A program made the translations under genes and the position numbers. Shown one piece after another: positions 9,107 through 16,272 of a DNA stretch of 32,000 nucleotides. The first letter of the stretch is position 1. Every line of letters begins with the position of its first letter. The stretch comes from Thermodesulfobium narugense DSM 14796 (GTDB lineage Bacteria; Thermodesulfobiota; Thermodesulfobiia; Thermodesulfobiales; Thermodesulfobiaceae), in contig NC_015499.1 in assembly GCF_000212395.1 (NCBI RefSeq), positions 1,157,421 through 1,189,420 on the forward strand, written 5' to 3'. A model generated the notes under the pieces. The model worked only from the letters and a program-made list of their open reading frames with translations. It did no database searches and was not told where the DNA came from.

Positions 9107-10477
9107 ATGACATCAAGAACAAAGGAAAATAAATATATCAAAAGGATCATGTTTATCTTTTTACTATTGTTGATATCTTTAGTAAGTTACAACTTTTTAC
9201 CACCTTTACAAGTACAAGCAGCCTACGCAGCTGACTCAAACGAAACAAACGTTTTAACGCTTGAAGATGCGCTCAAAATTGCAAAGGAAAACAACAAGAC
9301 CCTTCAAGCACAATACTATCAGATGCAATCTGCAAAGGAAACGTATATCCAAGCATTAGGTTATAGATTGCCAAATATTACAGGATCTCTTAGCTACGAA
9401 AGGATTAGAGCAATGTCAACAAATAATGCATCTTATGGCTCAAAGGATAATTTTTCTTACTCCTTAGATGCAAATCAGCTTCTTTATGATTTTGGAGCAA
9501 CAAATTCATACATTCAAAGCGCCTATCATTCATATAAGCAAAGCGAAAAACAATATCTTGACACATTGAGGCAAATAGAATACCAAGTAAAACAAAGCTA
9601 TTTAAATGTCTTATCTGCTGAACAACTTTATGACACCGCGAAAGAAGGTTTAGATCTTGCTAATTTAATCTTAAAATATACTCAATCGGAATTTGATGTA
9701 GGTTTAGTTGCCAGATCAGACGTTCTCTCAGCAGAAGTTGAGGTTCAAAACGCAAAGATTTCGCTTTTAAATGCTAAAAATCAAATTAACGTAAGTCTTG
9801 CAAATTTAGCAAATGTATTAGGTTACGATCCTAGAAAAAGCTTTACAATATCCAAAACAGCATATGAAACTCCTCCTAAAGCTATAGCATCAAACTTTGC
9901 AGATCAGATTTTTTCTATTGCAATAAAAAATAGACCAGATATTGCGGCAGCTATAGAAGGTATTGATGCTGCAAGATATACCCTAAAAAATCTTAAAAGT
10001 TCTCTATATCCTAAAATTAATCTTGTTGGCGACTATTCAAGAAGCGACACCAAGTTTCCACCCGAAAATTATTCATGGTTTTACGGCATTACAGCAACAA
10101 TAACTTTTTACAACGGCGGACAAAACCTTTCAAAAATCAGACAGGAACAGGATATTCTTAATTCTTTGATAAAAACAAAGGATAATTTGGAGGATTCTAT
10201 AAAACTAGCCGTGTGGACAGATATCTTGAACCTAAACAACGCTTATTCTACATTTGAGCTTTCTGACGCAGCTGTAAAAAGCGCTCTTGAGAACCTAAGA
10301 GTAAACGAAGCTCAATATAGAGAGGGATTAAATTCTATAATTGATCTTACAACAGCTAGAAATAATTATATTTCAGCAAAAAATCAAAGAATTATAAATG
10401 AATACAATTACTACCTTAGTCTCGCTGCCCTTGAGAGAGACCTGGGTGTAAAATTTTTTAATATTGAAAATTACTAA
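9107..10477 (+). CDS. TolC-family outer membrane efflux protein
   Basis: 456 aa. The signal peptide ends ...LQVQAAYA/ADS. The mature N-terminus LTLEDALKIAKENNKTLQA is typical of outer membrane factors, and the coiled-coil/beta pattern is internally duplicated. The ATG directly abuts the upstream TAA (TAAATG). Confidence 0.85.
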   Translation: MTSRTKENKYIKRIMFIFLLLLISLVSYNFLPPLQVQAAYAADSNETNVLTLEDALKIAKENNKTLQAQYYQMQSAKETYIQALGYRLPNITGSLSYERIRAMSTNNASYGSKDNFSYSLDANQLLYDFGATNSYIQSAYHSYKQSEKQYLDTLRQIEYQVKQSYLNVLSAEQLYDTAKEGLDLANLILKYTQSEFDVGLVARSDVLSAEVEVQNAKISLLNAKNQINVSLANLANVLGYDPRKSFTISKTAYETPPKAIASNFADQIFSIAIKNRPDIAAAIEGIDAARYTLKNLKSSLYPKINLVGDYSRSDTKFPPENYSWFYGITATITFYNGGQNLSKIRQEQDILNSLIKTKDNLEDSIKLAVWTDILNLNNAYSTFELSDAAVKSALENLRVNEAQYREGLNSIIDLTTARNNYISAKNQRIINEYNYYLSLAALERDLGVKFFNIENY

Positions 10478-10511
10478 TCTTAGGAAACAAATTATTGCAT
10501 AAGGAGGAGAA

Positions 10512-11618
10512 ATGTTAAAGTTCTTTAAAAAGAAAAAAGTAATAGCTATAACTGCCGCCTTAATAATAATTCTTGCAATTGTATTGTACGGTTATAACAC
10601 ATATATAAACAATATGAAAAAATTACAACAAGAAGTTAAAACGGCACAAGTAACAAAAAGGACTATTACAGAAGTGGTAAATTCAACTGGTACTATCAAT
10701 CCACAAGTTGGCGCTCAAATTAACGTAGGAGCTAGAATTACAGGACAAGTAATAAAACTAAACGTACAGGTAGGAAGCGTAGTTCAGGCAGGAGAGGTTT
10801 TGGCTGAAATTGACCCAAGACCACAAATAGCTGCTCTTGAACAAGCTAAGTCGAATTATCAAGCAGCCCTAAGTAACTATAATTATGCAAAGGTAACCTA
10901 TGAAAGATATGCCAAATTATTTGAAGAAGGGCTTATTTCAAAAGATAAATATGACAATGCAAAAGCTAACTATTTAGCCCAAAAGGGTGCCGTTGATGCC
11001 GCTAAGGCAGCTGTCAATACCGCACAGGTAAACCTTGAATACTGTACAATTACAGCTCCAATAAGCGGAATGGTTTCAGCAGTTACTACACACCAGGGAG
11101 AAACAGTAGTATCCGGATTGAACGCCCCAAACTTTGTAACAATTGATGACCTTGATAAGCTCGAAGTAGATGCCTCAGTTGACGAAACAGATATTGGAAA
11201 AGTAAAGGTGGGAATGCCTGCTACATTTACAGTTCTTGCTTATCCTGACAAAACGTTTACAGGAACTGTTGCAGCAATATATCCAACTTCAACTGTGGTA
11301 AGTAACGTTGTTTACTATACAACGGTAATAAAAATTGATTCAAATCCTGAACATCTTTTGAGGCCAGGGATGACTGCAAACGTAAATATAAAAGTTCAAG
11401 AAAAGAAAGATGTATTAGCAGTACCAAATCTTGCTCTAAAAACATTTGGTAATCAAACAGTGGTTTTTGTAGAAACAAGCCCAGGAGTTTTTGAAAAAAG
11501 AGTAGTTAAAACTGGCATTTCAGATCTAGATTACACTGAGATAACCAGCGGCCTAAAAGAAGGAGATAAAGTGATTGTCGGAGATATTCCAGAAAGCTTA
11601 CTAAAAAAGATAAAATGA
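10512..11618 (+). CDS. HlyD/MacA-type periplasmic adaptor (membrane fusion protein)
   Basis: 368 aa with an N-terminal TM anchor, a lipoyl-like motif (G.V..L.V.VG..V..G.VLAEID), a coiled-coil hairpin and a beta-barrel domain. RBS: AAGGAGGagaaATG. Confidence 0.88.
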   Translation: MLKFFKKKKVIAITAALIIILAIVLYGYNTYINNMKKLQQEVKTAQVTKRTITEVVNSTGTINPQVGAQINVGARITGQVIKLNVQVGSVVQAGEVLAEIDPRPQIAALEQAKSNYQAALSNYNYAKVTYERYAKLFEEGLISKDKYDNAKANYLAQKGAVDAAKAAVNTAQVNLEYCTITAPISGMVSAVTTHQGETVVSGLNAPNFVTIDDLDKLEVDASVDETDIGKVKVGMPATFTVLAYPDKTFTGTVAAIYPTSTVVSNVVYYTTVIKIDSNPEHLLRPGMTANVNIKVQEKKDVLAVPNLALKTFGNQTVVFVETSPGVFEKRVVKTGISDLDYTEITSGLKEGDKVIVGDIPESLLKKIK

Positions 11619-12355
11619 GCGAAAAAATTATAGAATTAGAAAACATACAGAAGGTTTATAAATCCGGCACTCTTGAAACTGTTGTTTTAAGAGGTATAAG
11701 CTTTGTCATCAACAAGGGTGAATTTGCTTCTATTATGGCACCATCCGGAAGTGGAAAAACAACTCTAATGAACATAATAGGGTTATTGGATAGACCCACA
11801 GGTGGAAAATACTTTCTGGATAACAAGGAGGTCTCAAAACTATCAGATAACGAACTAGCTCATTTAAGAAATCAATATATAGGCTTTATATTCCAACAAT
11901 TCCATCTTTTGCCCGATCTTACGGCAATTGAAAATGTCTTGCTTCCTTCTGTCTATGCAAAAAATCCTCCACCAGACATCAAGGATAGGGCTAAAAAATA
12001 TCTTGAAACAGTAGGTTTAGGAGAAAGATTAAATTTTTATCCATCTGAGCTATCAGGTGGTCAACAACAAAGAGTTGCTATAGCAAGGTCTCTTATCAAT
12101 AGTCCTAAGTTAATTCTTGCCGATGAACCAACAGGTAACCTTGATCCACAATCTGGCATGGAAATATTGTCTGTCTTCCAAAAGCTTAATGAAGAAGGCA
12201 TAACAATATTGATGGTCACCCACTCACCTGAAATTGCACTTTTTACAAAAAAGGTAATTACCCTTAGCTTTGGCAAAGTGCTTAAAGAAGATATTGTGAA
12301 AAATCCCAAATCTGCTCAGGAAGAATTACAAAAGATGTATGTGATTAATACATGA
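11615..12355 (+). CDS. ABC transporter ATP-binding protein, MacB/LolD-type
   Basis: Walker A APSGSGKTT, Q-loop FIFQQFHLL, signature LSGGQQQRVAIARSL, Walker B ILADEPTGNLD, H-loop VTHS. The start overlaps the upstream stop (ATGA). Confidence 0.92.
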   Translation: MSEKIIELENIQKVYKSGTLETVVLRGISFVINKGEFASIMAPSGSGKTTLMNIIGLLDRPTGGKYFLDNKEVSKLSDNELAHLRNQYIGFIFQQFHLLPDLTAIENVLLPSVYAKNPPPDIKDRAKKYLETVGLGERLNFYPSELSGGQQQRVAIARSLINSPKLILADEPTGNLDPQSGMEILSVFQKLNEEGITILMVTHSPEIALFTKKVITLSFGKVLKEDIVKNPKSAQEELQKMYVINT

Positions 12356-13560
12356 TTATAAAAATTCTTTCTTCAGCAATTAAAATAAACTTAAAACAAG
12401 GCTTGAAGGTTTTCATTATGATCTCTGGAATATCTCTTTGTATTCTTGTAATTACTTTAGTAACATCAATAAGCCTAGGTGCAAGGCAGCTTGTAAACGA
12501 AACTCTTCAGCAATTTGGCCCAACTTCTATAATAGTTTTTGCAGGTGGCAGAAGACAACCAGGACAGCCTTTCCAAAGATCTACAACTATGACATTAGAC
12601 GATGTTCGCTCAATAAAGGATCAAATAAGTGGCATTGTAGCAATAGATCCCGAAGCAAACAGCAATATGAATGCAAAATATGGAGCACAAAACATAGATA
12701 CTAATATCTCAGGTGCAACACCATCATTCACTACCGCATGGGATTGGAACGTAGCTGAAGGAAGATTTTTTACCGAAAGAGAAAATGCTTCCATGTCAAG
12801 GGTAGCTGTAATCGGAACTACAGTTGCAAAGCAGTTATTTCAAGGAGAAAATCCACTTGGTAAGCTTATCAGAATTGGCACTACACCATTTACAGTAATT
12901 GGAGTATTAAGTTCACTTGGCACTACACCAAATGGTATGGATAGAGACAATAGAATTGTAATTCCACTTAACACTATGTTAAAAAGAATGCTAAACCAAA
13001 CATATATAACAATGATGAGAATAAAATTTGCACCAGGCACTAATATTAACGTTGTAGCAGGAGAAATTAGTACAATCCTAAGATACAATCACAAACTTAC
13101 TGCATCAGGTCTTCCAGATGACTTTACAATCATAACTCCTGATCAAGTAATGGAATTCTTAAACAGAATAAATTCAACTTTAAATATTTTTCTCGTTGTT
13201 TCAACAATAGTTGCAATAGTTATAGGCTCTGTTGTTGTTTCAAATATAATGCAGGCATCTATTTCTGAAAGAGAAAAAGAGATTGCTCTTAGAAGAGCGT
13301 TTGGGGCTACAAAATCACTTATTGTAACACAAGTTTTCCTTGAAATATTTGTGATCAGCATTATTGGTTCAGTTTTTGGAGCAACCTTAGGGGCTTTACT
13401 GGGAGTAATAATGGAACATTTCACAGGAATTCACGTTTCAATTAGTCCATTGCTGTTTCTTGTCGCATTTAGCGTATCTACAATAATAGCATTAATTGCT
13501 GGAATTCAACCAGCAATAAAAGCTAGTTCATATGATCCAGCAGTGGTCTTACAAAGATGA
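12352..13560 (+). CDS. ABC transporter permease, FtsX/MacB-type (paralogue 1)
   Basis: 402 aa: TM1, a large periplasmic domain, then three C-terminal TM helices with the FtsX motif (E.EKEIALRRAFGATK). ATGA overlap with the ATPase gene. Confidence 0.88.
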   Translation: MIIKILSSAIKINLKQGLKVFIMISGISLCILVITLVTSISLGARQLVNETLQQFGPTSIIVFAGGRRQPGQPFQRSTTMTLDDVRSIKDQISGIVAIDPEANSNMNAKYGAQNIDTNISGATPSFTTAWDWNVAEGRFFTERENASMSRVAVIGTTVAKQLFQGENPLGKLIRIGTTPFTVIGVLSSLGTTPNGMDRDNRIVIPLNTMLKRMLNQTYITMMRIKFAPGTNINVVAGEISTILRYNHKLTASGLPDDFTIITPDQVMEFLNRINSTLNIFLVVSTIVAIVIGSVVVSNIMQASISEREKEIALRRAFGATKSLIVTQVFLEIFVISIIGSVFGATLGALLGVIMEHFTGIHVSISPLLFLVAFSVSTIIALIAGIQPAIKASSYDPAVVLQR

Positions 13561-14777
13561 ACAATTTCTTTATTAACTTTTCACAGGCTTTAAGAAGCAT
13601 CTCTAGAAGAAAAAGAAAGTCTATACTTGCTATTTTAGGTTTTTTAATCGGTATAAGCGCTACAGTCATAATTGCAAGTATAAGTTCTGGAGTAAAAGAG
13701 AAAACAATTGAACAGATAAAGAGTATGGGCAGCAATATGATAGTAGTTACAGCAGGACAGCTCAAAATAATGGGAAATAGACCACATCAGGTCGGAAACG
13801 TAACCACTCTTACTCCCCTGGACTATACAATTCTAAAAAAGGATCTACCAAATGCAAAAATTGCAGCAACACAACAAAAAACATTTACAGTAAAATTCTC
13901 TGATTACAGCGCACAAACTACTATTATAGGTGCAACTCCAAGTCTGTTTAGCGTAAGAGGATATACAGTAAGTATGGGAAGAGAATTTACTTCCAGAGAG
14001 AATAGGCTTCGTGAAAGAGTAGCGATAATTGGTAGAACAGTAATACAAAATCTAAATGCAATACCAGAACAGCTTCTTAATGCAACAATTTTCATAAACA
14101 ATATCCCTTTTAGAGTTATAGGAATACAAGACCCTGTAGGAATTGATATTGGCGGACAAGATGAAGACAATCAGATAATCATCCCACTTGATACAGCTTT
14201 AGATAGGGTTCTTAACGTTACATATATTAATAATATTTACATTAGCGCACCACAAGAATATCTTATGAGTTCATATAAAGACGAAGTAATTAGGATTCTC
14301 AGAAAAAATCACAAACTTACAGACGACCAACAAAACGATTTTACCGTTCAGGACCAAAGCGACATAATTGCAGCTCAAACGAAATCTACTCAGACACTTG
14401 ATAACCTTACTGTGGCACTGGCCATGATAGCAGTCTTCATTGGCGGGTTAGGAATTGCTGCTGTTTTACTTGTCGCAGTAAAAGAACGAACCAAAGAAAT
14501 AGGTGTTAGAAAATCATTTGGTGCTACAAAACAGGATATTCTCACACAATTTTTTATTGAAGCAGCAATACTTTCTGGTTCTGGAACAATTTGTGGTATA
14601 TTAATAGGTTTGCTAATAACTTTTATAATAACTTTGTTTACAAAAATGCCTTTTGTAGTTCCATTTAACATCTTAATTCCCTTAATATTTATAGCATTTT
14701 TAATGGGAGTATTATTTGGAACAATACCAGCAAAAAAAGCTGCAGAAGTAGATCCTATAAGAGCCATTTACTCATAA
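13557..14777 (+). CDS. ABC transporter permease, FtsX/MacB-type (paralogue 2)
   Basis: 406 aa with the same architecture (ERTKEIGVRKSFGATK). ATGA overlap with paralogue 1. Confidence 0.88.
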   Translation: MNNFFINFSQALRSISRRKRKSILAILGFLIGISATVIIASISSGVKEKTIEQIKSMGSNMIVVTAGQLKIMGNRPHQVGNVTTLTPLDYTILKKDLPNAKIAATQQKTFTVKFSDYSAQTTIIGATPSLFSVRGYTVSMGREFTSRENRLRERVAIIGRTVIQNLNAIPEQLLNATIFINNIPFRVIGIQDPVGIDIGGQDEDNQIIIPLDTALDRVLNVTYINNIYISAPQEYLMSSYKDEVIRILRKNHKLTDDQQNDFTVQDQSDIIAAQTKSTQTLDNLTVALAMIAVFIGGLGIAAVLLVAVKERTKEIGVRKSFGATKQDILTQFFIEAAILSGSGTICGILIGLLITFIITLFTKMPFVVPFNILIPLIFIAFLMGVLFGTIPAKKAAEVDPIRAIYS

Positions 14778-14829
14778 AAAACTTCTGAGATTTTTAATAT
14801 CAAAACCCCAGAAGTTTTAATTTTTATTT
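14778..14829 (+). terminator. Intrinsic terminator candidate after the efflux operon, between convergent genes
   Basis: aaaacttctg (14778..14787) pairs with cagaagtttt (14809..14818). An inner tttt/aaaa extension is possible. On the + strand aaTTTTTaTTTc follows. On the minus strand the downstream U-tract is poor. Confidence 0.55.
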
Positions 14830-14838
14830 CAAAATTAT

Positions 14839-15492
14839 TTATTGCTTCTTTAGCTCTTCATACCACAAAGCATTATGCTTCATTACGTACTCTTCATCAA
14901 TCATTCCATTCCCAAGCATTGTACCAAGTTCTTTTCTAGAACTAGGATTAATTGCTCCGAGATAAAAGTGGACAATAATTGCTGACCCCAAAAAAGTGCC
15001 GCAAAAAACGTGGACAATAATTGCTACTTGTATTAAATATCCTGGAAAAGATGCATAAAAGAACATCATCGAACCTGTAAGTCCAAGACATAAGGAAAAT
15101 ATAATTATTATCCAACCTAAAAGTTTTTGGCCTGCATTAATCTTGCCCTGTGGGGGTATTTCTTTTGCCTTTATAATTGGAGAAAGATATCCCCCAAAAA
15201 CCTTCATCCATTTTTTGTCTTCAGGAGTGAAAGTACTAATTAATTTCATAAAACCTGAAAATAATTTGAAGTTAAATATTGCATACAAAAGAGGCAGCAA
15301 AAGATAGAAAAAACCAAGATATTTATGAACAAAAGCAGCATTTCTGAGACTTCCAAAAGGTAGACTCATAACGTTCATTGGAGGATAAAACAATGACAAC
15401 CCAGTCCACAACATGGTTATAAAGGTTATAAGATGTAACCAATGAAATATTCGGGTAGCTTTTTTATGTTTTTCAATCATCCTCTTTGCCAT
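14839..15492 (-). CDS. fdnI: Formate dehydrogenase gamma subunit (cytochrome b, FdnI-type), copy 1
   Basis: 217 aa with four hydrophobic helices and conserved His (HWLH, HKYLG, HVFCG, HFYL). The ATG overlaps the fdnH TAA by 1 nt (TAATG). It is the last gene of the Cys-type operon. Confidence 0.85.
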   Translation of the reverse strand: MAKRMIEKHKKATRIFHWLHLITFITMLWTGLSLFYPPMNVMSLPFGSLRNAAFVHKYLGFFYLLLPLLYAIFNFKLFSGFMKLISTFTPEDKKWMKVFGGYLSPIIKAKEIPPQGKINAGQKLLGWIIIIFSLCLGLTGSMMFFYASFPGYLIQVAIIVHVFCGTFLGSAIIVHFYLGAINPSSRKELGTMLGNGMIDEEYVMKHNALWYEELKKQ

Positions 15493-16271
15493 TACTGATC
15501 GCCTCCTTTATTTCCTGCCTGTATAAGCCTGTGGAGAAACACAAGTCCAGCAGCACCGCCTAACATGACCAACCCCAGTGGGTGCATAATATTTTTCCAA
15601 ATGAGAGTATTTGCTGGAAAAACTGGATTTTTCGGCAATCCATATTTTTCGGGCTCATATTTAAGTATAGATAATACTCCTAGCCCTCCTAGTATGTTTT
15701 CTCCATAAAGATTTGCTTCTGTAAACCCTTCTTTTTTCAAGACCTCTACTCTTTCTTTACCTTGTTTTACAAGATCATCTCTTTTTCCAAAATAAAGTGC
15801 ACCACCTAAGCATGCCTTCACACATGCAGGAGTAGAAGTCTCGTCAGACTTACTGCCATCAATAACTCTTGAATAACACATATCGCATTTATTTATTACC
15901 TTACCAATTTGAGGAATTCCAAAGGGACATGCACTGTGACAATAACCACATGCTATACATTTGTTCACGTCAAAGGCAACTATCCCATTCTCTGCCTGAA
16001 AAAGAGCTCCACTTGGGCAGGCTTTTACACAGGCAGGCTCTCCACAATGAAAACATTGATACTTTAAAAAGTTAAAGTTCTGTTTTTCTGTGAAATCATC
16101 ATAAAAATTTATGATCATACGCGTATGCGGATTCAGGCTTGGTGGATTGGTATAAAAACCTGTAAAAGTAGTTGGATCGGTTTTCTGATCGTTCCATTGT
16201 TTACAAACAGACTGGCACCCTCTACAACCCATGCATTTAGAAGAATCAAACATATAGGCCACTCTTTCCAT
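15492..16271 (-). CDS. fdnH: Formate dehydrogenase iron-sulfur beta subunit (FdnH-type), copy 1
   Basis: 259 aa with ferredoxin-type Cys clusters (CMGCRGCQSVC, CFHCGEPACVKACP, CIACGYCHSACP, CDMCY) and a C-terminal TM anchor (LGLVMLGGAAGLVFL). The ATG lies 1 nt after the fdnG stop, and the SD GAGGAGGG sits inside the fdnG 3' end. Confidence 0.9.
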   Translation of the reverse strand: MERVAYMFDSSKCMGCRGCQSVCKQWNDQKTDPTTFTGFYTNPPSLNPHTRMIINFYDDFTEKQNFNFLKYQCFHCGEPACVKACPSGALFQAENGIVAFDVNKCIACGYCHSACPFGIPQIGKVINKCDMCYSRVIDGSKSDETSTPACVKACLGGALYFGKRDDLVKQGKERVEVLKKEGFTEANLYGENILGGLGVLSILKYEPEKYGLPKNPVFPANTLIWKNIMHPLGLVMLGGAAGLVFLHRLIQAGNKGGDQ

Positions 16272-16272
16272 C

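Noticed and set aside
6529-14767. Short ORFs overlapping rarA, the MBL gene, the panE-like gene and the efflux genes (for example 6529..6723, 6802..7053, 7587..8015, 8490..8931, 11257..11478, 12061..12309, 12438..14767)
   Set aside because: They are embedded in, or antisense to, confidently assigned genes, with no SD and compositionally biased translations typical of AT-rich shadow ORFs.
11615-14777. Interpreting the ATPase plus two permeases as LolCDE (lipoprotein release)
   Set aside because: The gene order differs, and the set is translationally coupled to an HlyD-type adaptor and preceded by a TolC-family OMF. This fits a MacAB-TolC-type exporter better. Sequence alone cannot fully exclude the Lol interpretation.
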